A DNA stretch of 64,000 nt, from assembly GCA_965113315.1 (NCBI GenBank), contig OZ220363.1, one strand, 5' to 3'. The position numbers were made by a program, and so were the translations under genes. Positions 37,701 to 50,500 of this stretch are shown here, piece by piece (within the stretch, counting starts at the first letter, position 1; every line of letters begins with the position of its first letter). The notes under the pieces are model-generated. The model was given only the letters and a program-made list of their open reading frames with translations, was not told the DNA's origin and did no database searches. The DNA is from Podarcis vaucheri. Lineage: Eukaryota.

Positions 37701-40700
37701 GGGAGGGGTGTCCATGACACAAGCCAGAGCAGATTAGAGGAGTGAAAGAGCCTCGTTTATCCTGTCCTGGGGAGAGATTTACAGCCACAGAACTGTTGAT
37801 GAAGGCCAGTAATTCAACCATTTTAATGAGCCTGCATTGCCCTTGAATGCCACTCCAACCTTTTTTCTTCCAACGCATTTTCCTCAGTTTGGAACATGCT
37901 GCTGGGAAACTGGCAGAAAAGAAGAAAATAATCTGCAGCAACCATATCTGAGAATGGTCTCCTCCTCGTGATATGTGGTGCACACAAGAGACTCCCCCCC
38001 TCCCCCAGTGGGACCCCATAATCATACACACAACAGCAATGCTGGCAATCTTATCCCTTTCCCTCTGGATCAGAGGCTACGTAATGATGTGATTTGGAAG
38101 AGCGATTTCCTCTTATTCTGGAGAGAGCAAGGGGCTGGGACAGGGTGAGAGGCAAGCTAACAGTTTTGCAGCTGACTCGGATTCAAAGGTCAGCACCATA
38201 CTATTCCTTGAGATCTGCGCTGGGGAGTGACTGGAAGGGATCTAAAAAATAAAAATAAATAACATCAGACAACTGGGAGGGGGAGACTGGGAAAAGGCAA
38301 AATGGGATGAGGAGGAAAGTAGTTTGAAGGGAGAGTTTGTCCTTCAAGCTACAAACTCAAAAGGCGCTTGAGGTCAAATCATTCACTACTACGTCAAGAC
38401 GTAAGAATTTAAAAAGAGCCTCCCTGGATCAGGGAGCCATCTAGTTCTGCACCCTGTTTGTAGATTGGCCAACCAAATGCTTGGGCCCTCACCCCTACTT
38501 GTGATTTCCAGCAACAGGCATTCAGAGGCATATTGCCTCCGTCAATGGAGGCAGAGTCCAACCTTCATGGCTAGTAGCCATTCACAGCCTCATCTCCCAC
38601 GAATTTGCCTGATTCTCTTTTAAAGCCATCAAAGTTTCCTGCTTGGCAGGGGGTTGGACTCGATGGCCCTTGTGGTCTCTTCCAACTCTATGATTCTATG
38701 ATTCTATGAAAGTTGGGGGCTGTCATTACTTCCCGTGGGGTGAGTTCCAGAGTTTAACTAAGCGCTATGTGATGGCTTGGCATCACCCCAACCCACCCAT
38801 GTTAGTCTCTTGCTCTCTCTAGGGATCTCTCTGGGTCAGTACCAAATCTCACTGAACCAGGTGCTTCTCCCATCCCTCTGGGCCCCCAAGACACTTCTTG
38901 TTGCTGCCTGCTATAATCTTGGTGGAGGGAGGCCTCATGGCTTTGAGGTACAGGGCTGCAAAGAAGCTCAACGGGCCATGCAAGTTGCTCCCCGTGTCTT
39001 TGGGAACTCATTCCAACATTGCTTACAAGGGCACAAAAGCCGCTATTGTCCCAGCCTGTGGGAGAGTCTCACACTGTTGCTCAAACCAAAACTGAGAAAC
39101 GGCAGAAATAAATAAAATGTGCTAGTTAAAAGTGAAATGTGCAGTCTGGAAGGCTATAGGAACACAGAATCAACCCTTCAGGTGGTGGTGGTGGGGAGGA
39201 GGAGGAGGAGAGAGAGTAGGGGCTGAGAGAGGAGCTGGAACAAAGCTGTGTTTGTAAACAAGACTCTGCTGCCCTGCAGAGCTCTTGGGGGTTCATGCAA
39301 AAACACAGCCGGTTGGGTCACAGGCCCACCAAAGGAACAAAACAAAACAAAACCAGCCAGTCTTCCTTCTCTCCCTCTCATTACTCCCCCAATGCAAAAG
39401 CTGTAATTGAATTTGATGTACAAAAGGAAACTCTGAATGCAGCATATTCACTGGTCCCAAAAAACCACTGCTGAAGGCGGCTGGGCGAAACTGCCACGTC
39501 TCCCTCATGCCTTTTCCTACAGAGCCATCTGCTGGAGAACAGCAAGACTAATGTATCTGAGAGAAGATGGCCCAATGTGAAAAAAATGACAAGAGACGCA
39601 AACTTCACTCCCTGCTACTGCAGTGCGCTGGTGGGAGCCAGCAGTACCTCCTGCCGAGGGAATACTCAGCACTCTCTCACCGAGGCCTCGATTCTGCTCT
39701 GCTGGACCACAGAAAGCTGCCTTAGTTTAGCTGACTATTGTCTTCACCGGGGTTGACAAACGTCCTGCTCATGCGCCAAATTAAGGTCTGCCAAATCACC
39801 CAATTTGGTGTGAGTGTGTGGCTGTTTTGGTCAGCCATACCCAGCTGCTGCTCACCTGATGTCACTATGATGTCAGGTGTGAGATAGGAAAAGCTGCAGC
39901 TGCCAGGGAATAACCAGGAACTGAAGAGCATGCTCTCAACATGGCTTGTATTTGGAGCTGTTTAAATTAAGCACTGAATGCAAGTTCCGCTGCTCTGCAG
40001 TGGGATTAGATCCACCTGATGTCATATGATGCCAGGTGGCTGACAGGTATGCGGACTCAGCCACCTATCCAATATGGCCTGATGAGGGTTGGCTGGTCAC
40101 TTTTTGATAAGGCCCACCAGGCAAAAGTACTACCTGCAGTTATCAGGGGTTGAATCTGGGTCCTTCCACATGCAACGAGGACCTAAACGAGGACCTAAAC
40201 GAGGACCTTTTAGGTGGATTTATTACCATCTAGCCCGTATTAACAAGTCCTAAAGCAGCAAGCCCAAATTACCCGCAGCAGGAATGGGAAACGCCAGGCC
40301 CGTGGTCAAAGGAGGCCCCTCTCAGGCCTCTCTATTTGGCCCTCAGAACTCCCCAGCCCACCCATTCTCCCAGCAGCAGAGGACATGTTTAACACACAAA
40401 ATGCCGCAAGTTCAATCCCTGACAACTCCAGGTAGTGTTCGGAAAGTCTCCTGGTCTGACCCTCTGGAGAGCCACAGCTGGTCTGTATAGATAAGAGAGA
40501 GCTAGATAGATCAAAGGCAATGTCTTGTGCTCCTTTGTACTCAGGAGAAGCAAAGGAAATAATTCAAAAGGCAACATGGAACAAGTGACGTTTCCAACGG
40601 TACTGACCAGCACTATTTGAGCTCTACATAAAACAAAATTATAATTATAGAAATATATTCCATTACAGCATCGATGGCTCTGGCAACAAATTTCCGTAGC

Positions 40701-43700
40701 ATTAGTCATGGAACCTTTGATGCACCGAGCCCCCACCTACTGACTACAGAGTTAGTATATATTTACATATCCGCTCCACACACACACATATACGTATGTA
40801 CTCACAGTCCAGGAAGCACCACTTGGGGGACAGTTTCTGGCATGACAATGTCTTTGGTTTGGCTCCGTCCCCTTCCTGCATCAAAGCAAGCAAAAAAGAA
40901 TTAGGTCTCCTTTCCTACCCTCTTTTCAAAGCCTCTTCTGGCTTGCTCCAGCATAGATGCCTCAGGTGGACTCAAGACACATGCTTTGACACAAATCGGA
41001 AGGCACAGAGCACATGGATGCAGCTCAAGACAGATGCACTGGACAGATACTGATGAAAGTCCATCATGCACAAAAAAGACAGAAGGGGTGTGGGGAGAAG
41101 AGTCTTTCAACAAAGGGGAGGTGGAGACAGAAAAGATACACACCTCTGGAAACAGGCTCTGAATAGTGGAAGGGCCTGAAGGAAAATCCTGTGGAAAGGG
41201 AAGGAGCTGAGTTACCGCTACCATTAGGATATGCTTGCATCCCCATAGCTGTAGGAACCTGCAGGGTGCTCCTCACATCTTCTGGAGCAGCCAGCCTCCA
41301 TATTGGCCAGTGTAATCCAAAAGCAAGATTGCACAAGCACCAGCCAGGAAAATGGTTTCAAGTGTGGGAAAGAAATTTAGGAGGAGGACAAGGAGGAAAA
41401 GACAGCGAATCCATGTGCCATGGCAGTCCAAGTGCCCTAGTTTCACAATGAGCTCCAGGCTATGTTGGCCTTCCCAGCTGGACAATTTGATCACAGCTGC
41501 TTCTCATAATCATTGTTATGACCAAAATCAAGCTTGAAAGGTTCCAGGTTCTTTTGCACTGAACACTATATCCACATCCGATGCAGTGTGTTTTATTACC
41601 TGCCTGACGCCTAAGGGCTGGACAAAGGGCAAATCCGTAAAGGCAGGTAAAGGGAGGGAAAGAGAGAAAGCAGTTTACGGAAGATTGCCCACACAATCTC
41701 ATTTCCTTTGTAACCAAGCTCCAGGGAACGGATTTCTCCATGCATTTATTGGCTTGAGCCAAAGCAGGAAGTCAACGACATTTCCCAGCTAAACAAAAAT
41801 ATTGGTGTGTCATTCACAAAAGCTGCCAGGTAAGGTGGAAGCTTCACTTAGAACTGGAGGCATCACAGTGATGCGGAACAAAATCCTTGTAACTAAAACT
41901 CTAGGCAAGATAACTGAAATTCTATCCAGGTTCGAGGCATGAAGAAGTTATTATATTTGCAAAAGACTTGTTACAAATTAGAATGCATCCAACGTAAGTC
42001 ACAGAGTAGACTCATTAAAATCAATGGACACAACTCATTTCATTTATTTCAGTGGGTCTATTCCGAGTATCAGTTAGTTGGATACAACCCTGGAATATTT
42101 CCTCCGGCATATAAAGCAATGTGGGAATGAGCCTGCACTTACCTTGACCCCTGACCGCCTCCCAACTAGGAGTTACCTCCCTGGGTTACATCAGAACCGA
42201 GGACTTTTTTATTTATTTATTGTACAGTGGTGCCCCGCAAGACGAATGCCTCGCAAGACGAAAAACCCGCTAGACGAAAGGGTTTTCCGTTTTTCGATGC
42301 ACTTCGCAAGACAAATTTCCCTATGGGCTTGCTTCGCAAGACGAAAATGTCTTGCGAGTCTTGCAATTTTTTTCGCTCCCCCCCCCCTTTTCTAAGCTGC
42401 TAAGCCGCTGTTGTTGTTGTTGTTGTTGTTTAGTCGTTTAGTCGTGTCCGACTCTTCGTGACCCCATGGACCAGAGCACGCCAGGCACTTCTGTCCTCCA
42501 CTGCCTCCCGCAGTTTGATCAAACTCATGCTGGTAGCTTCAAGAACACCATCCAACCATCTCATTCTCTGTCGTCCCCTTCTCCTTGTGCCCTCCATCTT
42601 TCCCAACATCAGGGTCTTTTCCAGGGAGTCTTCTCTTCTCATGAGGTGGCCAAAGTATTGGAGCCTCAGCTTCACGATCTGTCCTTCCAGTGAGCGCTCA
42701 GGGCTGATTTCCTTCAGAATGGAGAGGGGTTTGATCTTCTTGCAGTCCATGGGACTCTCAAGAGTCTCCTCCAGCACCATAATTCAAAAGCATCAATTCT
42801 TCGGCGATCAGCCTTCTTTATGGTCCAGCTCTCACTTCCATACATCACTACTGGGAAAACCATGGCTTTTACTATACGGACCTTTGTTGGCAAGGTGATG
42901 TCTCTGCTTTTTAAGATGTTGTCTAGGTTTGCCATCGCCTTTCTCCCAAGGAGCAGGCGTCTTTTAATTTCGTGACTGCTGTCACCATCTGCACTGATCA
43001 TGGAGCCCAAGAAGGTAAAATCTCTCACTGCCTCCGTTTCTTCCCCTTCTATTTGCCAGGAGGTGATGGGACCAGTGGCCATGATCTTCGTTTTTTTGAT
43101 GTTGAGCTTTAGACCATATTTTGCGCTCTCCTCTTTCACCCTCATTAAAAGGTTCTTTAATTCCTCTTCACTTTCTGCCATCAAGGTTGTGTCATCTGCA
43201 TATCTGAGGTTGTTGATATTTCTTCCGGCAATCTTAATTCCGGCTTGGGATTCATCCAGCCCAGCCTTTCGCATGATGAATTCTGCATATAAGTTAAATA
43301 AGCAGGGAGACAATATACAGCCTTGCCGTACTCCTTTCCCAATTTGGAACCAATCAGTTGTTCCATATCCAGTTCTAACTGTAGCTTCTTGTCCCACATA
43401 GAGATTTCTCAGGAGACAGATGAGGTGATCAGGCACTCCCATTTCTTTAAGAACTTGCCATAGTTTGCTGTGGTCAACACAGTCAAAGGCTTTTGCATAG
43501 TCAATGAAGCAGAAGTAGATGTCTTTCTGGAACTCTCTAGCTTTCTCCATAATCCAGCGCATGTTTGCAGTTTGGTCTCTGGTTCCTCTGCCTCTTCTAA
43601 ATCCAGCTTGCACTTCTGGGAGTTCTCGGTCCACATACTGCTTGAGCCTTCCTTGTAGAATTTTAAGCATAACCTTGCTAGCGTGTGAAATGAGTGCAAT

Positions 43701-46700
43701 TATGCGGTAGTTGGAGCATTCTTTGGCACTGCCTTTCTTTGGGATTGGGATGTAGACTGATCTTCTCCAATCCTCTGGCCACTGCTGAGTTTTCCAAACT
43801 TGCTGGCATATTGAGTGTAGCACCTAAACAGCATCATCTTTTAAAATTTTAAACAGTTCAGCTGGAATACCATCACTTCCACTGGCCTTGTTATTTGCAG
43901 TGCTTTCTAAGGCCCATTTGACTTCACTCTCCAGGATGTCTGGCTCAAGGTCAGCAACCACACTACCTGGGGTGTACGAGACATCCATATCTTTCTGGTA
44001 TAATTCCTCCGTGTATTCTTGCCACCTCTTCTTGATGTCTTCTGCTTCAGTTAGGTCTTTACCACTTTTGTCCTTTATTATGGTAATCTTTGTACGAAAT
44101 GTTCCTTTCATATTTCCGATTTTCTTGAACAGATCTCTGGTTCTTCCCATTCTGTTGCTTTCCTCTATTTCTTTGCATTGCTCGTTTAAGAAGGCCTTCT
44201 TGTCTCTCCTTGCTATTCTTTGGAAATCTGCATTCAATTTCTTGTATCTTTCATTATCTCCCTCGCATTTTGCTTGCCTTCTCTCCCCCGCTATTTGTAA
44301 GGCCTCGTTGGACAGCCACTTTGCTTTCTTGCATTTCTTTTTCATTGGGATGGTTTTAGTTGCTGCCTCCTGTATAATGTTGCGAGCCTCCACCCATAGT
44401 TCTTCAGGCACTCTGTCCAGCAAATCTAAATCCTTAAACCTGTTCCTCACTTCCACTGTGTATTCATAAGGGATTTGGTTTAGATTGTATCTTACCTGTC
44501 CAGTGGTTTTTCCTACTTTCTTCAGTTTAAGCTTGAATTTTGCTATAAGAAGCTGATGATCTGAGCCACAGTCAGCTCCAGGTCTTGTTTTTGCTGACTG
44601 TATAGAGCTTCTCCATCTTTGGCTGCAGAGAATATAATCAATCTGATTTCGATGTTGCCCATCTGGGGATGTCCATGTGTAGAGTCGTCTCTTGTGTTGT
44701 TGGAAAAGCGTGTTTGTGATGACCAGCTTGTTCTCTTGGCAGAACTCTATTAGCCTTTGCCCTGCTTCGTTTTGATCTCCAAGGCCAAACTTGCCAGTTG
44801 TTCCTTTTATCTCTTGATTCCCTACTTTAGCATTCCAATCCCCTATAATGAGCAGAACATCCTTCTTTGGTGTCACTTCTATAAGGTCTTGTAATTCTTC
44901 ATAGAATTGGTCAATTTCAGTTTCTTCAGCACCAGTAGTTGGTGCATAAACTTGGATTACTGTGATGTTAAAAGGTCTGCCTTGGATTCGTATCGAGATC
45001 ATTCTATCATTTTTGAGACTGCATCCCAGTACAGCTTTCGCCACTCTTTTGTTGACTATGAGGGCCACTCCATTTCTTTTACGGGTTTCTTGCCCACAGT
45101 AGTAGATATGATAGTCATCCGAACTGAATTCGCCCATTCCCGTCCATTTTAGCTCACTGATGCCCAGGATGTCAATATTTATTCTCGCCATCTCATTTTT
45201 GACCACATCCAACTTACCCAGGTTCATGGTTCTTACATTCCAGGTTCCTATGCAATATTTTTCTTTACAGCATTGGACTTTCCTTTCGCTTCCATGCATA
45301 TCCGCAACTGAGCGTCCTTTCGGCTTTGGCCCAGCCGCTTCATCAGCTCTGGATCTACTTGTACTTGTCCTCCGCTCTTCCCCAGTAGCATGTTGGACAC
45401 CTTCCGACCTGAGGGGCTCATCTTCCAGCGTCATAACTTTTATATGCCTGTTGTCTTTGTCCATGGAGTTTTCTTGGCAGGGATACTGGAGTGGCTTGCC
45501 GGTTCCTCCTCCAGGTGGATCACGTTTGGTCAAAACTCTCCACTATGACCTGTTCATCTTGGGTGCCCTGCTCGGCATAGTTCATAGCTTCTCTGAGTTC
45601 TTCAAGCCCCTTCGCCACGGCAAGGCAGTGATCCATGAAGCTAAGCCGCTAATAGCCGCTAAACCGCTAATAGCGCTAATCCGCTAATAGGGTTGCTTCA
45701 CAAGACGAAAAAACCGCTAGACGAAGAGACTCACGGAACGGATTATTTTCGTCTTGCGAGGCACCACTGTAGGTATATTTACTTGCTTTCATTGAAATTC
45801 CCAGGGCATCTTACACTGAATTCTTTCCTTTTACCCAAACTACACTGCATACAAAGCCCAGCTTTGTTACTTCAGGTTTTGTTCATGCAGGTTAACAGCT
45901 TTTCCCCACATTTCTTTAATTGTATGGGGTAGGTGGCAGTGGGGACATTTAGGTCGACCCTTAAACTATGCAGAGGCATAACTAAACTACTTCCTGTTGC
46001 TCTGTATGTTATGAATCGCAAGCAGAGGCAACTCCTGCTGCTCAGTCAACTGTTAAATTTCATTTGAGGGGCAGTTAATTACAACTGGAGAAGCACAGAT
46101 ACTATGGTAGCAGGGATATCCAAGTGGTATGTCACTTGAACAGAAGTAGAATTATAGCAAGGTTACACCCTCCCCTTCTCCAAGTGTTTTGCTTGCATCT
46201 CACCTCCTGAAGCCTCTCAATGTGGGTCCGGCATATCTCCAAGTCACTGTCTCCTGGCACAACGATAATTCCCAAGGGCACAGCTGGAAAGTAAGAATGT
46301 TATCAACAAATACCACTGAACCTGCTAAATACATTCCTAGCGTATCAGGTATTCACTGAGCAGAAGCTAGGGGACAATTCATAGATGCAACACCAAGGTT
46401 GCATGTTTGATCCCCTTATGGGACAGCTGCATATTCCTGCACTGCAGGGGTTTGGACTAGATCATCCTCAGGGTCCCTTCCACCTCAAGCGTCATACCAT
46501 CTCACAATGCACAAGGGAAGCTACTTATCTGAAGGTATCTAATGGACAAAATCTTTGTGCATGTGGAATTTTAATATGTCAGGGAGAAATGCTAGGCTAG
46601 AAGCCTTCTCTCACAGATGTGTTAGCTTTGCACATACAGGGAATTTTGATGTGAGGGCTCTTTAAAAAAAAAAAGACTAACTAAGATGCTGCCATGCTAG

Positions 46701-47483
46701 AGTAACACATTTGAATAGGCTGCCAGAAGGGCAGAAGGTGCCAGCGACTTGCCCACATGCTGTATTGTTATGGACAAAGGTGTGCAAGCATAAAATGGCT
46801 CCAGAAAGTTCCTGCAAGTTGTTCTAGGCACCCTTTAGCTAAAGAGGCTCCAGCAGCCTGGGCTGTGGAACCAGCTACTCACAGGCCTCCTTGAGCTTCT
46901 CCTTGTCGTAGTGAAGTGCTTCGTAGTCGTGCATGCCAATTCGGCTTACGCGGATTCTTAGCCGCTCTGGAACGGGCTGCTGACTGTTTGCGCAGCAGGA
47001 AGGAAAAGTGCTGATTTAATTAAGGTGGGGCTGCTTAAGGAAAGGAAGACAGCATTGTTGTGGGAGGGAAGGGAGGGAAAGAGGGGGAGATATGGGGTGG
47101 GGAAAAAATCCCAGAATGTGATACGAAATCCCCATGCACAACAACAACAACAACAACAACAACTATTAGAGTAGCATTGTAGCATTTAAAAACTTGTTAT
47201 CTGACTAGTGGGCAGGAACTCAAAACAACAGTTGCATTTGCAATCGGCTCTTCATTTAGTCCATTAAGGCTATCAATAGCTACTAGTCCTGATGGTTGTG
47301 TTCACTGTCATCAGATGTCAAGGAAATAAACTAACTACAGTATCTGACTTTTAGAAGCCACGTGAAGGCAGGCCTGTATTGGGAAATTTTTAATGTCTGA
47401 TGTTTTACAATTTTTTAAAATATTTGCTGTAAGCCACCCAGAGTGGCTGGGGAAATCCAGCCAGATGGGCGGTGTATAAATAA

Positions 47484-47546
<63 letters not shown>

Positions 47547-50500
47547 TCAGCACTAAAATGGGCATCCATTTTTGAGAAATCAGAATAAAAAACAAAGTGG
47601 CAGGCGGGACGCCCCTGGCCCCCCGTTATGCCTCTAGCCACGCAGGTTGCTTCCATAACAATGGCCCCAATTGCCATCTCCCATGTACAAATGCAGGCAG
47701 GCCAGAAGGAAGGGAGGCACAATTCCTGGCTTCTTGGGAATGTGCTTCTTTATGTAAGATAGATAGAAACTTGCAGCAAGGCCTCATGGGCAATGTAGAG
47801 AGGCAGGAGACCAGCACTGTCTCAGTACTGGGACAGAGTTGAAGATGGGGGTTAAATGTTGCTAGTTCAGCACTACAATGCCAAATGGAAGCGTAACAAG
47901 CAGCCATGTAGATGTACCTAGGACAGGAAAACAGGCTTGCCAAGAAGGGTATGAATGCCAGAAAAGACACAAAACCCACCTTTTATTATGCCTTGAATGG
48001 GATAAGCAGCATAATAAAAACCTTTCCTCCTCACAATCAGTACAATGTAGGAAGCTGTGCACCCAAGATCTTGTGCCACTCATTAGTGTCTAGGAGTCTG
48101 TGATACAACTCTCCACTCCCTTCCCCCAAAAGAAAATATAGCAGAGAAGGAACTTTGCTTCCGCAGAGCCCTCTCTGTGGGCTCATATAACCCTGCTTCC
48201 TCCATTAATCATTCAGCTGCTTGCCTTTAGGACTAGGACAAGGCAGAGCCTTCCTGATAAAGCAGTTGAGAAAAGGCAGTTACGCTTTTATGTTAGGTGG
48301 GGGAAAAGGGTGCTCAATATCAGTGTTTTTTGGACTTCAGAAGACTCAGTGCTGCATAGCTAGAAAACCCAATACATCTGTCTGTAGAGACTTTAATTCT
48401 GTTGGGTTTTATATATCTTACATTTCATAGTATTAGAACTTGCCTTTAGGATGGTTTCCAATGCATTTTAATCCAAACCTCTGGGATATAGTAGGATAGA
48501 AATCCCACTCAACTCAGCAGCTAAGCTCACAGCAGGCTGTCCTGCTAAAGGATGAGGAAGCTCATCCACCATGCAAAAGGTTTATTACACTTTGAACAGG
48601 CAAAGCCATCTTCACTCCCTGCCCCAAAGCCTTGGGGGGTGATCCCTTTGTCAGGTAGAACGTACTCATTAAGCAGAGGCATGGAGTTGCGCCTCTTGGT
48701 CTTCTGCACCATGTTGGCCTGGTTGCGCAGGGATATGCGAATGCAGGAAGCCCCCAGCTTGCAGGGCTCTCCATCCACTTGCATGGGGATGGCCTTGGAC
48801 GTGGTCAACAGCACCTCCCGGCACTGGTGCAACCGCTCTCCGTGGCCGCCCACTTGCAGTGCTGCCTACAAAAGGAAGAAGAGTGTTGAACAGGAAGGGC
48901 CAACCAACGACCAACGTCAGTGGGAGACTGCACATAACCTGAACCTGGGAAAAGAAACATTTTCCCATTACCAGCAGCATCTGAGGCTGCTGTGCAGTGA
49001 CTCAAATCAACAGCCTCTCCAGCCTAGTATTGCCAGCTCTGACTTGCAGTGGCTGCCCAGAGGTCCCAACAGGGGTGCTTCCCAGTTCCTGCTTCTTCTG
49101 AGGACTCTTTAATGTTTAAGTAGAGATGCTAGCAGATGAACTTGGGAGCTGAGACGACATGCATGACGTATGTCTACCACTGAGCCAGGGGAGTGGGCTA
49201 GATGACTCTCAGGACCCCTTCCAACTCGACAGTTCTATGATTCTATCTAGTTTAATACTTGTGTCAGACAGCTCCTCCGGGCAAGCTAATAGTTAAACAA
49301 CAGATCAAGAGGCTGTCACTGTCTTTGTCAGCTAGGCAGGCTTAGCGGCAGCTTAGTTGGTCTTGTTTACTTGTTCAGGTTGCACCAGTGTTAGTGTTAT
49401 AGAGGCTAGAAGTTCCAGTCCCTCCCCCCAATTCCAGCTGCATCTGCTGTCCTTGATGACCCCAGAGATCAGCCATCAGGAGCTGCCCTGGCTTACCAGG
49501 GATGTCATGGTGAAGCCGATGACCTCAAGGCAGCCGTCATCATGGCGCTGGGGTTCAAAGTCATGGTGCTCCCCGGGATTGCCCCAAGGCATGGTGCCTG
49601 CGCAGTACCTGAATGAAGACAGGAAGGAGGGGAAGTGTGTTGGGGGCAGAGGATAGCACACCTCTGATCCCTGAGCGTTGGGAGGGAGTCAAAGGAGGGG
49701 GAACGCTCCCCGACAGGGAGAGTTACCACTCACCTTGGAATGTTTAGGAAGACGAGGCATTGTGGCTTCAGATCTTGGATTTTGGGGGTCAGGTCTGTCC
49801 CATCACACTAAGGAAAGAGGAAAAGGCGACAGTCAGATGTCAAGGCTGGCTGCAGCACAGAAGAACCCCAGGCGTTCTTTCTATCCCTTTCGTGAGGGAA
49901 CAAAATTCTTAGCGCCTTGATCTTTCCCAAAGATGCATTTGCCCTCTCGATGCCTTCCGCAGGGTTTATCTTTAACACGGCAGCAGAATGACCTTCTCAA
50001 CCCAATCAATAACCAGTGCCCTCCAAGTGCCTGTTGGCCCCACAGCTGACTCACCACCACTTTGATGTGTTTCGCTAAGTCTCTGGAGCTCCCCATGAGG
50101 AAATCGGAAAATGCCGTCTGCCAGAAGAAGAGAAACCGAGTTAGTTCACAGAGGCTGACCAGGCACTGACTAATTTCAAACGGCGCTCTTTGATCCCCAC
50201 TTATCATGTTGCCTTGGCTCCACTAACCTCTTACCTGCTGGAAGCAAGGCATGCACCCCAGTCAGGATTAAATCCCATCTCCCCCCCCCCATCAAATGAT
50301 GTCACCAGTGATGTCATCTTATGGGTGGGTAGATTAGGAGAACTGACCCCCAAGATTGGCCCACAGGACAGAAGTTCCCCACCCCTGTTCTAAAGGCTTC
50401 CCTGGGAAGAAAAACATTACAGTATGGCCTGTCCTCCAGATGCTCCACATGTTACAGTGAAAAACTCTGGGGACACACTGAGACCAAGGGAACAATTCCT

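Larger units (their letters stand above)
42225..45769. mobile_element. Tc1/mariner (Tigger-like) MITE, about 300 bp, split by BovB
   Basis: TA|CAGTGGTGCCCCGCAAGACG ... CGTCTTGCGAGGCACCACTG|TA. Confidence 0.88.

Noticed and set aside
37823-37910. Strong acceptor-like site in the 40805-34747 intron
   Set aside because: Gives an early stop in the required phase and has no convincing donor.
43000-45687. Plus-strand ORFs opposite BovB
   Set aside because: Antisense shadows of the retrotransposon ORF.
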